From Octopus vulgaris (taxonomy: Eukaryota): 64,000 nucleotides of DNA. The translations under genes and the position numbers were made by a program. The notes under the pieces were generated by a model. That model did not search any database, was not told the origin of the DNA, and saw only the letters and a list, made by a program, of their open reading frames with translations. Positions 26,014-38,917 of the stretch are shown here, in pieces. Numbering within the stretch: position 1 is the stretch's first letter; each line of letters opens with the position of its first letter. Location of the stretch: contig OX597827.1 of the NCBI GenBank assembly GCA_951406725.2, positions 60,574,001 to 60,638,000 on the forward strand, in the 5' to 3' direction.

Positions 26014-27068
26014 ATGGCAGTTGTTGTAGCAGTGCTACCTATGCAACATAAAATGCACCAAAAATACTTTGCAAAGTGGGTGGCATCAGGAAGGGTATTC
26101 ACCCATAGAAACCATGCTAAAGCAGACAGTACAGCTTGGTGCAGTCCTCAGCTCTGCCAGTTCCTGTCACTCCATCTACCTCATGCCACTGTGGAAAACA
26201 TATGTTAAATGGTGATATTAATTGTACTAATATGTAAAAATGGTGAACTAGCAGAAGCGTTAGCATACTGGGAAAAATGCTTAGTGGCATTTCATCTGTC
26301 TTTACATTCTGAGTTCAAATTCCATCAAGGTTGATTTAATAAGTTCCAGTCAAGCATAGGAGTTGATGTAATCAGCTCACCCTTTCCCCTGAAATTGCTG
26401 GCCTTGTGCCCAAAATTTGAAATCATTAATTATAGAAGTATGTGTGTATGTATATGCTCTAGGTATCATTGTGTTCACTTACTATGAAATACAGTTCGAT
26501 TATTCTATCTGTAATCACCTGACGATATTTCATAAGAGAAATTATACTAATTGTTATGAATTAATTAGATTATCAAATTTGTTGAAAACATTTGAATCTC
26601 AAAGAAAAATTCTAAATAACCTAACTGCATTTACAGAATCAAAATATCTCATTTCAGAAGACTTATTTAATTAGCAAAAGCAGAGTTTCTTTGATAAGAC
26701 ATTAAATCTGTAAAATACAGCTAGTTGCTATCCAGTTGCCTTTAATAAGTTTTGAATCATGAAGCTCGCTTTGCAACCACATCATTTCAGGTTCAGTCCC
26801 ACTGCACAGTACCTTTTGGGCGATTATCTTCTACTACAGCCCTAGGCCAACCTATGCCTTGCAAGTGAATTTAGCATACAGAAACCCTGTCAAAGCCCAT
26901 TGTGTGTGTGTGTGTGTGTGTGTGTGCATGCGTGTGTGTAAGGGATTAATAGAAAAAAGAATCAAACTTAAAAGAAAAAGAAAAACTGGGGTCTGTAAGT
27001 AACAGATAAAAATAGAAGGTATATATACATAAACACACATGTCCATATATATACATAAACACACATGT

Positions 27069-27106
<38 letters not shown>

Positions 27107-27164
27107 TCATCATTTAACATCTACCTTCCATGCTGGTATGAGTTGGATGGTTTGCCAGCTCCTG

Positions 27165-27204
<40 letters not shown>

Positions 27205-27209
<5 letters not shown>

Positions 27210-28216
27210 GTCATTAAACATCCGATTTTGAATTGAAAATTTATTTTACTCAATCTCAACAAAAAACAATGCAGTTAATCAAAGTATACACCTAAATTAT
27301 CAACACACTTTTGCCAATTTATTGGTAGCTTATTTATGCTGGCAGCAAAGAACTCTGGAGGGCAAGAGGTGATGCAATCACAAAAAACTGTTTTTGCTCT
27401 TCTTCAGATTTGAAGTGCTTTCCTAGCAAAACATTGTCTAATGCCTGGAAAACATTATAGCCAGTTGGTGCAAGGTCTGGTAAATATGGTGGATGACAGA
27501 GTACTTCCAAGTTCAGTTCCTGTAACTTGAGTAGCATTCTTTGTCCAACATGAGGTCAAGCATTGTCTTACAAGAGAATTGGCCTGTCCCTATTGACCAA
27601 TCTTGGTTGTTTAATTGCAAGCTCACTCGTCATTTCATCCAGTTGGTTGATATATACATCCACTGCAATTGACTTATAAGGTCTCATGAAGCTGTAGTGG
27701 ATGACACCAGCACTGGACCACCAAGCAGACACCATCAGCTTTTTTTGGTGAATATTCTTTTTTTGGATTGTGTTTTGGCACTTTGTCTATATCCAACCAC
27801 CATGCAGAACACTTGCTATTGTTGAAAAGAATCCATTTTTCATCACATGTAACAATATGATGCAATAATGGTTCACTTTTATGCCATGACAACAAAGAAC
27901 TGCAAGTTTCAAGACAACATGTCATTTGATACTCATTCAGTTCGTATGGTACCCACTTGTTCAGCTTCTTTACCTTGCCAATTTGTTTCAAATGGGCCAA
28001 TACAGTTGGAATTGAAACATCAAACCTTGCTGCTAACTCACACGTAGTTTGAGATGTGTCTGTTTCCACTACATTTTTCAGCTTATTATCCACCTTGGCC
28101 TCAGGTCTAGCACAGGGCTGATTTTCAAGAGTAAAGTCACCAGACCGGAACTTCAGGATAAAACTGTCAAACTTGGTGCATAAGAAAATCAGACATTTCA
28201 TTCTTAACGACCTGAT
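27205..28216 (-). mobile_element. Defective mariner transposon inserted in (TA)n
   Basis: Transposase remnants FRSGDFTLEN, KWVPYEL, IVTCDEKWI and HPPYLPDLAP, with frameshifts. TIRs ATCAGGTCATTAA / TTAACGACCTGAT. Confidence 0.92.
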
Positions 28217-28225
28217 ATATATATT

Positions 28226-28269
<44 letters not shown>

Positions 28270-28271
28270 AG

Positions 28272-28631
28272 TGGTACAAAAATACACCAATGTTTACTGG
28301 AAATAGTAGTTCGATAAATTTATTGCTAGGTGTTCAGGCGAGTATACTGGCACTGATGTGGCAAGATTTGAAATTTTGTCTTGGTAAATCTAGATGAGGA
28401 GGACTAATCAAATTTACAATAATAAAGATATTTTGAAGAGTCTGAAACCTAGGTCCTATATTGTCCAATTCTGGGTTGTCCATTTATTTAATGTTCGTCC
28501 TAGAGGTAAGATGAAACTTTTTATGTTCACTGCCTATACACATCTCTGCCAAAATATATACAGTGAATCTGTACCATAGCGTTGTAAATTTATCGACTGC
28601 TATTTCCAGTAAATGTTGGTGCATCATTACC
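28272..28631. mobile_element. MITE with about 50-bp imperfect TIRs
   Basis: CACCAATGTTTACTGGAAATAGTAGTTCGATAAATTTA versus TAAATTTATCGACTGCTATTTCCAGTAAATGTTGGTG. Confidence 0.7.
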
Positions 28632-28700
28632 TTTACAGTGCTTTATATGACTGGAAAGTAACACTATTGTATTGCAATATTTAGTTATGTTTTCATCACT

Positions 28701-28977
28701 GATATCCAATCTACAGTGGAGAAGGCTAGCCACTGGATTTGGTTAAAAAGAGACGATGAGCGATGGCTAGAAGAATATTGAGTTCAACTTCATAACCAGC
28801 TGATCTAGCAAGCAGGGCCTCATATCAGTGAGGGAGGGGCGGGGCGCATTGATGCTGTCGAGAGGTAGGCCCCGAAACGGCGCGCATTCTCTCCTGATGA
28901 CCCCATACACTTGCTGGCTTCTGGTATACGGAGCTTTTGACTGGTAGTACTTGCATGTGCAAGTTGTTTGCAAGACA
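28701..28977 (+). mobile_element. 3' end of an RLE-type non-LTR retrotransposon (Hero/NeSL-like): ORF C-terminus plus structured 3' UTR
   Basis: 28701-28781 translates as DIQSTVEKASHWIWLKRDDERWLEEY*, resembling the ExASxW(L/I)WxKR C-terminus of restriction-like-endonuclease LINEs (recalled, not searched). It is followed by a GC-rich self-complementary UTR. Confidence 0.6.
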
Positions 28978-29039
28978 TATATAATTATATAGCAATAAGA
29001 AAATGGAGGGGATCAAGAGGTGGTATTTATCAACTTTTA

Positions 29040-30003
29040 GACATAATATTATGTCTATTTATTTAAAAAAAAACCAATCATAACAATATACATACATGTG
29101 TAACATATGCTTTACATATATAAAAAAAATGCCAGTAATTATTAAAATATATAACATAGAACATAGAAAGTAGAATAGTTTCTTACAGCTGTTTTAGCTA
29201 AGGGGTCATAGTACCCCACTTTACTTCCATCCCTTCAGTGAACTGAAGTATTTGGTAGATAAGATTGAGGTACTTGGGTGTGCCTCTAGGTTTCGTCAGA
29301 GTTTAGAAAGTTCATAAGGTTAAGTTATAAATATAAATACATACATATACATAAATACATATCTATACATTTATATATATATGTATACAAAGTAATCAGT
29401 TATTTATTATTAGGTGTATTATATTATTCTTATTAGATAAATTTCGAAGGGAATGAAAAATAAAAACATATACGAAATTTTATCCCTAATAGTGGTTTGG
29501 AATTTAACTGTCCTTTCTAGCATGCAAGGAATCCTATGATGGATGCCTCTTGTGTGTTTAAATGTACACTGTATTTATATGAATAATATATAGTCTATTG
29601 ACTAAATTTTTACACACTAGGCCACTGGTAATGGAAATTTCAAATATTTCAGATTACCCTTTGATATTATTATTATTATTATTATATATATATTATATTT
29701 ATAAAATATGCTTAATTAAAGCATCATAAAAGCATGAAACTATTAGTAGCTCTTTTGGTTGTGTATTACATTGATATTTATCTCTCACTAGAAATATATA
29801 TATATATATTATAGATATAGGGTAAAGAATTATTAATTTAATAATGAATAATTTTACCGAGTAGATCAGTATGTAAAAAAACCATTATTGGTAAAAACTT
29901 ATACAAAAAAGTTTTTTATAATTATAAACATAATTAAGGGATCGGCAGAAAGTTGCTTCACCACATACCAAAATTTAGAAATAGCAGTTAAACTACTAAT
30001 TCT
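29040..30003. mobile_element. Cluster of decayed Penelope-like (Naiad-type) terminal-repeat remnants with a decayed minus-strand hammerhead (about 29181-29301)
   Basis: Minus strand reads CUGACGA (29299-29293), a long hairpin, then AAAACAGCUGUAAGA. An AAGGGT...ACCAGTGGCCTAGTG end motif (minus, about 29610-29665) resembles that at 61448-61509. Interspersed (TA)n. Confidence 0.5.
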
Positions 30004-30039
30004 TATATATATATATGTATGTATATATATATATGTATG

Positions 30040-30147
<108 letters not shown>

Positions 30148-30444
30148 TATTTTGCTTAGGCATTTTGAGACCAATAACCCGGTGTAGAACTCAATAAAAG
30201 TATGTTTCAGAACAGTGTTACCTGAGTATAGAGTATTGTTGATGCCATTCTCAAAAAGGCACGAATGTAATTCCTACCTAAATAAATTGCACTTCGTATT
30301 TGAAGTTTTAATGAAGCTATAAAGTGTTATTCAGGCACTCAGCTACAAGTCCATTGCACCTTATAGTAGAAACACCTGTAAGCTAATGAAGTTCATTATT
30401 ACTTATTTCCTTGTCATCTCTCTATCTTACATATATATAACCTT

Positions 30445-30850
30445 GGATCGTAGAGTGACCTGCTGTGCTTGAGAAGACCTATTGAGTCAAGTACGTCAAC
30501 ATCAACATCAAAATAAAAAATAAAATGGAAATTGTAGTTGTGATACCCATGCCGGTGGCACGTAAAATGTACCATCCGAATGTGGCTGATGCTAGCACCG
30601 CCTGACTGGCATCCATGTCAGTGACACGTAAAAAGCACCAACCGATCGTGGCCTTTTGCCAGCCTCTCCTGGCACGTAAAAAGCACCCACTACACTCACG
30701 GAGTGGTTGGCGTTAGGAAGGGCATCCAGCTGTAGAAACACTGCCAGATCAGACTGGAGCCTTGCGCAGCCTCCTGGCTTCCCAGACCCCAGTCGAACTG
30801 TCCAACCCATGCTAGCATGGAAAACAGACATTAAACGATGAAGATGATAT
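30445..30850 (+). mobile_element. RTE LINE 3' UTR fragment (family D)
   Basis: Collinear with the reverse complement of 37255-37680. Confidence 0.8.
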
Positions 30851-30852
30851 AT

Positions 30853-30902
<50 letters not shown>

Positions 30903-31354
30903 CTGGTATACATAGGATAGGTCCCTACATTCTGTATCAGTTCATAATCACAATTACTGCCCTTCTAGGCTGGTTGTAGAAGCAGGTCTTATTCATACAT
31001 TTCATTATTGTTTTGCTCAGCAAGGCCGGATGCCTTTCCTACAACCAGAGTGTACTGAGTACATTTCAGTGTGACATTGGCATGAGAGGATTGTCAGGTC
31101 CTGAAAAGAGTCCTCTCCATCTTGTGTTCTTTCTGCTCAATCACTAACAATTCTATTGATAATATTCAGTGAATTTTATTGTGGCACCAACACTACAGAG
31201 ATTTCCTTCTTTGAAGAACTAAGAAAAATCCCTCAGTATTTCAGTGACTCAACGTGGCGAGGTAAGAGGGTGACTAACAGATAGAGTGATGAAGGAAGAA
31301 TACTAGGATGAGATGTATTTTTCTATATACACACAAATGCGTTTGTGAGTGTAT

Positions 31355-32235
31355 ACAGACAGATAGATAGATATACAGATGGATATATAGATAGATGGAT
31401 ATATAGATAGATAGATGGATATATATAGAGATAGATGGATATATAGATAGATAGATGGATATATAGATAGATAGATATATAGATAGATAGATGGATATAT
31501 AGATAGATAGATGGATATATAGATAGATAGATGGATATATAGATAGATTGATATATAGATAGATGGATATATAGATAGATTGATATATAGATAGATTGAT
31601 GGATATATAGATAGATTGATGGATATATAGATAGATTGATGGATATATAGATTGATATATAGATAGATGGATATATAGATAGATAGATAGATGGATAGAT
31701 AGATTGATGGATATATAGATAGATAGATAGATGGATAGATAGATTGATGGATATATAGATAGATGGATATATAGATAGATGGATATATAGATAGATAGAT
31801 GGATGGATGGATATTTAGATAGATAGATGGATATATAGATAGATATTTAGATAGATAGATAGATATTTAGATAGATAGATGGATATATAGATAGATATTT
31901 AGATAGATAGATGGATATATAGATAGATATTTAGATAGATAGATAGATATTTAGATAGATAGATGGATATATAGATAGATATTTAGATAGATAGATAGAT
32001 ATTTAGATAGATAGATGGATATATAGATAGATATTTAGATAGATAGATAGATATTTAGATAGATAGATGGATATATAGATAGATATTTAGATAGATAGAT
32101 AGATATTTAGATAGATAGATGGATATATAGATAGATATTTAGATAGATGGATATATAAATAGATATTTAGATAGATAGATGGATATATAGATAGATATAC
32201 ACAAATAAATATCGATAGATAGATAGATAGATATA
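31355..32235. repeat. Compound (AGAT/GGAT/ATAT) satellite
   Basis: About 880 bp of GATA-type units with higher-order variants ATTG (left part) and ATTT (right part). Confidence 0.95.
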
Positions 32236-33509
32236 CAAAGATATATACGTAGATACAGATAGATATAGGGAGATAGACAAATACATACATACATGACAGA
32301 CAGAGACAGATATTATCGGGAGTGGCGGCAGGTACACGGGACTGGAGAAGCATCTAATCCATAACGAATAAACATTAAAAGCTTCCTATCCAAATGACAG
32401 TCAAACCACCCCAGGCAGAATGAAAGTAAAGTAAATAAATAAACAACGTTAAAATAAGAACGTGATTCTTTTTACTTTAAACAAAGACAAAAATAAGTCC
32501 AATAACATCCATAGATAACAAAATACCCTGAAATGTGAAAAATGACGACGGATAGAAGGAGAGAGAGGGATAGAGAGAGAGAGATAAGCCGGCAAAATTT
32601 GGGTAAGCAATCGAAGATTGTCAGTAATCCATTGTCATCGTCAGTAAGTTCTTCGTACTTTTGTTTTGATATAATTCTAACCATTTCCCTCCCTCGATTC
32701 CCTTCAATCACTAATTTACAGCGAGAAATGCATAAAAGCCACGCAATCACGTTTTTTTTCTTTTTCATATTTGAGGTTTCCTTTTTTGAAAGCGTGAAGC
32801 TGAATGCAAAAATAAAGAATAATAATAATATTATTGGCAAGAGGTGAGGCTGTGTGGTTAGAAGTTTGCTTTTCAACCACATGGTTCCATGTTCGGTCTC
32901 ACTGCCTAGTTAGTACCTTTGGCAAGTGTCTTTTACTATGGCCCCGGGCCGCCCAAAGTCTTATGAGTGGATTTAGTAAACAGAAACTGAAAGAAGCCTA
33001 TCGTATAATGAATGAATGAATGAATGTCTGTTCGTCTTCCACCAATGCTTGACAGCCAGTGTTGGTTTGTTTATGTCCCCGTAACTTGGTAGTTTGGCAA
33101 AAAAACCTGATAGAATAAGCATCAGACTTTTTTGTTTTGTTTTGTTTTTAAAAACGTACTGGGGTCGATTTGTTCGACTACAACCCTTATAACGTGGTGT
33201 TCTAGCATGGCCGCAGTCCAATAGCAAACAAGATAAAAAGGCGGGGGATAGAATAATACAAGGATTCAGTGAAGTGAACAAAAAATTAATTAAAAGACCG
33301 AACGCGATCGTTGTATGAAACAAGTGCTTCGTACATAGTATTTTAATTTCATTTTTTCTCATTTCAGAATTAATATCCATTGCGGTTGATTTTATTTCAT
33401 CTATCACCCTTTTTCATGTTCAATAATAATATATGCTGATACCAGTAATATACATTGAACGGTTCATTACATGAAAATTGGACTGTGTTGTGTTGCAGAC
33501 GAAAGGGTG

Positions 33510-33900
33510 GGAAAATAACTATAGCGAACCTTGTCCGCAATTTAGTTTCTGTGCCTGATTCTAGAGATTTCTTCCACGTTTTATCAACATTTTAAGGGTA
33601 AAAAAGGGGCATGAATGTCACGTAATTACATTAGCAGTGTCCCGATAATTGGTTCTATGTCTTTGTCAGAATCAAAATTGAATTTTTTAAAAATATCATC
33701 AACAACAACAAATAGCGAACCTTGTCCGCAGTTTGGCTTTCTATCCCCAATTCTACAGAATTCTGTTGTTTCATTAAACGCATTGGAGAAGGGAATGCAT
33801 GATTGTCACCCAATCCCATTAGCACTGTCCCGATATTTGGTCCCATGCCTTTATAGCAATTAAAATTAAATTAAAAAAAAATAATAACAACAAAGCAAAT
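33510..33900. repeat. Diverged two-unit tandem duplication (about 190 bp) at the start of ABHD2 intron 1
   Basis: ATAGCGAACCTTGTCCGCA at 33521 and 33712; ATTAGCASTGTCCCGATA at 33630 and 33818. Confidence 0.85.
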
Positions 33901-33928
33901 TGTAAATCACAACGTTTTAAATACTTAC

Positions 33929-34086
33929 GGTTGTCGAAGAAGGGAACATGATTCTAAGATATTTTGGACGAATGGTGAATTGTGGTCATAGTAAAGCTGT
34001 GGTGAAAAAGAAGGGCTGCAAAAATTGAGCAAACGGATGATTCCGTAAAGGAGACAAAGAAGGAAAACACCTAGCAGGATCGACAT
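33929..34086 (-). CDS. ABHD2: First coding exon of an ABHD2-like alpha/beta hydrolase (monoacylglycerol lipase ABHD2)
   Basis: Manual translation from ATG at 34086: MSILLGVFLLCLLYGIIRLLNFCSPSFSPQLYYDHNSPFVQNILESCSLLRQP, then donor CC|GTAAGT at 33929/33928 (158 nt, phase 2). It matches the N-terminal signal anchor and following segment of ABHD2 (human AVLYVIVRCLNLKSPTAPPDLYFQDSGLSRFLLKSCPLLTKE, recalled). Exon 2 (YIPPLxWGxSGHxQT-like) was not found in the window. Confidence 0.9.
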
Positions 34087-35270
34087 AGCATTTCTTGCTG
34101 TTGTTGCTGCTGCTTACTATTACACGGCAGCGGTGGAGACCACGTGACTGGAGTGTGGGAACTGTGGAATGGTCGAGTTCATTTGAGGTGGCCGAGCTTG
34201 TTGATATAAGCGGAGTTGGAGGAAGGGCAGTTGGAGAGTAGCGGTGAGAGCGAGAGGGAGAGGAGTTTAATGGCAATGAGAGGGAAGATGGGAGAAAGAG
34301 AGAGAGTGAGAGTAGAAGTGAGACAAGTGCGTGTAGTTGTTGTGGTGAATTAAAAAGAAAGATTGTAACTGTTGTGAAAAGAGAGGGAGTAGTTCTTGCG
34401 GAGAAAGAGAGCGAGAGAAACTACTGTGACAAGAGAGTGAGTGAGTAATGATGTTGCGAGAGATAAAGTGGGAGAGATAAAGAAAGAGAAAGAAATAGAG
34501 TGACAGCTGTGAAAAGAGAAAGTATGTAGTTGTGTAGAAAACGAAGACAGAGAGAGAGAGAGAGAGAGAGAGTAATAGGTGTAAGAAGGAGAGTAATGGC
34601 TGTGGTGGGAGAACAGAGAGAGTGTAGTTGATGCGTAGAGAGGAAAAGAGAGAAAGAAATTTATAGCTGTAAAAAGAGGGTGCTTTGTTATTGTGTAGGG
34701 AGAAAGAAAGAGAGTAATAGCTGTAAGAAGGGGAGTAGTGGCTGTGGTAGGAGTAAAGAGAAAGAGTAATAGCTGTGAGAAGAGAGCATGTAATGGCTAT
34801 GAGCTGCTATAAGAAGAGAGTAAGATAGTAGCTACCGTTATTAGATGGGAAAGAAAAAGAATAAAGAAGAGAATAAGAGAGATAGCGTGAGAGAAAGATA
34901 TAGAAGCAGCTGGAGTAATAGGCGCGGGAAGGAAAAGAAGATACAGTAGCTATTATGAGGAAAGAGTAAACATTGTTTAAAGAAGTGAGACGGAAAAAGA
35001 GACATGCGACTGCGAGGGAGAAAAAGGAAGATATTAGCAACTATAGAATGAGTAAGATTGTAAAGGCGGGGGGAAGAGAAGAGGAGAAAGAGTAAGAAAA
35101 TAGTAAGAGAGAAAGGAAAAGTAAAGAAAGAAAGAAAGAACTTAGAATAAAAACGGAATGAGGAAGTCAGTTGTACGTTTAGAACTGAATGGGAGAACTT
35201 AACTGAAGTATCAGACAAGAGAGAATGAGAGACAAGCAGAGAGAGAGAGAGGGGGAGGGAGAAAGAGAGA
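34087..35270 (-). promoter_or_regulatory. Probable 5' UTR / promoter-proximal region of the ABHD2-like gene
   Basis: TE-free, extremely pyrimidine-rich on the sense strand, CpG retained, with GTCACGTG E-box at 34141-34148. The TSS is not identifiable. Confidence 0.45.
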
Positions 35271-36046
35271 GAGAAGGTAAATAAGTTTCTTTATTGGCCA
35301 CACAGGGCTGCACACAGATGGGACAAGTTACAAGGTAGAGCTTTTCTTTTTGGGGATGAAAAAAACAAAAAAACAAAAGAAAAAGAAAAAAAAAAGGGAT
35401 GGCGTAGGTTTTCGATCAAGAGGGATCGTAAAAAGGAAGAAAAGAACAAAAAACAAAAAATAAATAAATAAAAAAGAATAAAAAAAAGAAAAGGAAAAGG
35501 AACAAATGGCGGTGCCCCAGCATGGCCACAGCTCATTAGCTGAAACTGGAAAAATCAAAATCAAAATCAAAATGAAAAAAGAAGAAAAAAGGGGAAGAGG
35601 AAAAAAAAAAAAAAAGGTAAATACTTCAAGATCAAGTTAGAAGTAGGTAAAATAGAATCAGGAAGAAATAAAGAGAAAAATAAACTTTTAATAGTTTTTA
35701 ATTGGGAAACGCAATCAGATAAAGTTAATGCACATTACCTCAGAGAATGAGAAGAAAGAGAAAAAAAAAACAGACTGAAGGAATGAAAAAACTGAAATAA
35801 ACGTAGGAATTAGAGATATATCACTTCTTTAATCCAGGGAAGAAGTGGTATCCGAAGACAAAGTGGTGGTGGTTGGGGGAATGGAGAAAGAACAGAAGAG
35901 AAATGAAAAAGTAATGTGGAAACAGACGACAGAGAAAATTTTTAAAATATGGGACTATAAAGCAGAATGGAGAAAACTGAAAAGATAAATGATAGAAACA
36001 GGAGGGGAGAAGAGATAGATAGATAGACAAACAAACAGACCGACGA

Positions 36047-36091
<45 letters not shown>

Positions 36092-36137
36092 CAGGTAGAT
36101 AGATAGGTAGGTAGATGGATGGACGAACGGACGGACG

Positions 36138-36898
36138 TGGGTTCCAGTTCTAGTTGATCCAATCAACAAAGCAACTTGCTTGTGAAATAACTGTGCAAGT
36201 GGCTGAGCACTCCACAGACATATGTAACCAAAGTGTTGTTTTCAGGGAGATTCAGCATGACACAGAGTGTGAAAAGGCTGGTCCTTTGAAATATAGGTAC
36301 TACTCATTTTTGCCAGCTGAGTAGACTGGAGCAATGTAAAAGAAAGTGCCTTGCTGAAGTACACAAAGCGTCGCCAGGAGTTGAACTTGCGACCTTACGA
36401 TCATGAGCTGAATACCCTAACCACTTAGCCACACACCTTCACAATAGATAGATGTTTCAGTAATTGGACTGCAAGCATGCTGAAATACTACCTTACACTT
36501 ACACTTTTATTTGTTTCAGTCATTTGACTGCGGCCATGCTGGAGCACCACCTTTAGTCAAGCAAATCGACCTCAGGACTTATTCTTTGTAAGCCTAGTAC
36601 TTATTCTATCAGTCTCTTTTTGCCAAACCACTAAGTTACGGAAAGATAAACACACCAGCATCGGTTGGGTTGTCAAGCGATGTTGGGGGGACAAACACAG
36701 ACAAATAAACATATACACACACATGCATATATATATATATACATATATACAACGGGCTTCTTTCAGTCTCCGTCTACCAAATCCACTCACAAGGCTTTGG
36801 TCGGCCCAAGGCTATAGTAGAAGACACTTGTCCAAGGTTCCACGCAGTGGGACTGAACCCGGAACCATGTGGTTGGTAAGCAAGCTACTTACTACACA
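36138..36898 (-). mobile_element. Adjacent SINE family E (36138-36442) and family A (36503-36898) copies
   Basis: Collinear with other copies of each family. Confidence 0.82.
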
Positions 36899-37205
36899 GA
36901 CACCCTTGCACCTGAAGGGTTTTGTGAAACAGATCAATCCCAATACTTATTTTATCAGTCTCATTTGGCAAACTGCAACCTAAAGAAACCAACATTAAGT
37001 TGTCAAGTAAAAGTGGGGGAGGAGATAATCACACACACAAATGCACATACATACACACATAGAATGGGCTTCAACACAGTTCCTCTCTATCAAATTTGTT
37101 CACAAGACATTGGTCAGCTCAGGACTATAGTGGAAGACACAGTGAAACAACCCAGAACCATGTGGTTGGGGAACAAATTTCTTGCCACACAATCATATCT
37201 GCGCC

Positions 37206-37241
<36 letters not shown>

Positions 37242-37254
37242 TATATATATATAT

Positions 37255-38050
37255 CATCAACATCATCATCATTTAACGTCCGTTTTCCATTCTAGCATGG
37301 GTTGAACGGTTCAACCGGGGTCTGGGAAGCCAGGAGGCTGTGCCAGGCTCCATCTGATCTGGCAGTGTTTCTACAGCTTGATGCCCTTCCTAACGCCAAC
37401 CACTCCATGAGTGTAGAGGGTGCTTTTTACGTGCCATGGGCACAGGGGCCAGAGAAGGCTGGCAAACTTCCATGATCAGTTGGTGCTTTTTACGTGTCAC
37501 TGGCACGGACGCCAGTCAAGGCGGCGCTGGCATTGGCCACGTTCAGATGGTGCTCTTTACGTGCCACCAGCACGGGTATCACAACTACAATTTCCATTTG
37601 ATTTCTATTTTGATGTTGATGTACTTGACTCAATAGGTCTCCTCAAGCACAGCAGGACGCCCTATGATCCAAGGTTAGCACAGCTGGCAGTCCTGTGAGC
37701 CATGAACTCACTTCATTTCTCAGGTCTTTGCAGTCACTGCATATTTCGAGAGTTCTTGGCCTCTGTGAGGCCCAGCGTTCGAAGGTCATGCTTGACCACC
37801 TCATCCCATGCCTTTCTGGGTCTACCTCTACCCCAGATTCCTTCAACAGTTTGAGAGTGGCACTTCTTCACACATCTCTCCTCATCCATCTGTAGTACAT
37901 GACCATACCAACGCAAACGTCTCTCCTGCATGCCACATCCGATCCTTCTTATGTCCAACATTTCTCTCAAGGTACTTACACTCTGTCGTGCATGAACACT
38001 GACAGTTGTACATGCGTCATATTCAAGTGGACTCATTCTGTATTCCATGA
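37255..38050 (-). mobile_element. 5'-truncated RTE-clade LINE (ORF end, 3' UTR and (GAT)n tail)
   Basis: MQERRLRWYGHVLQMDEERCVKKC...GRGRPRKAWDEVVKHDL, followed by the family D sequence. Confidence 0.9.
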
Positions 38051-38069
38051 TTGTTTGCATTACTTCCAA

Positions 38070-38917
38070 ACAAGAATCAAGAAACTTAGACCCACCTTTT
38101 TAATAAGCTAAATGAATTATGATGGATTTTGAAAAAGCTCACATTAATAGCATTTTTTTTTTGTTTCCTAGTGCTTCCATCTCATATTGTCTTTTTCATT
38201 CATCTCAAAATGTGTACAGAAAAGTATGTGAATTTGGCTTTAAGGAAAAATACCGTCATGATGATGAGTTTAGCATTAAAATGAGATGTTTTTCAGCAAT
38301 GGCTTTTCTTCCTCTCAATGATGTGATTGATAGATTTGAAGATCTTGTAGATGACGATGATCTTCTGCAAGAACTTGTGTTCTTCTTTGAATTATCATGC
38401 ATAAGATGTGTGTGAGGTAGAGGAATTAGACAATGAAGAACTTCTCCTTCGTTTCCCATTGATAGTCAGAATGTCTGCTTTAGAACAGAATTGCATATAC
38501 CTCACACTAATAACCATTTAGAGGGATATCACAACACACTACAAAGTTCTTTAATTTGCACACATCCAAATCTATGGAAATTAATTACTGCATTGAAAAG
38601 GGTGAGATCTGTGAGACCCCCCCCCCCCCCAAAAAAAATGTATAAAAATATGAAAAAACAGTTGCAGATAATTATTGAGTGACATAGTCCTGAAAATAAG
38701 ATGGAGTTTTTATGAACAATAACTCATAACCTTCCTCATTATTGAAGCTTTTTGTAATATTTTTATATTTTACCAAACTTTTAATTTATCTCTATTCAAC
38801 ATTTTATTTTTTTCTAATACTGGGTGTGAAATTACCAAGAGTGAAATTGACTGGCAGGGAAATTACCAGGGATAAAATTACTGGAGTCAAAATACCGTGA
38901 GTCAAATTACCGGCTAC
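38070..38917 (+). mobile_element. Mutator-like (MULE) transposase remnant with right terminus
   Basis: MDFEKA, CLFHSSQNVYRK, AMAFLP and HTNNHLEGYH motifs, with stops. Subterminal AAATTACC repeats at 38828-38911. Confidence 0.88.

Noticed and set aside
28825-29030. Possible ABHD2 exon 2 (IPPL-like codons near 29010-29026) and ORF 28825-29016
   Set aside because: There is no WGxSGH continuation or acceptor, and the ORF is antisense to the LINE 3' UTR.
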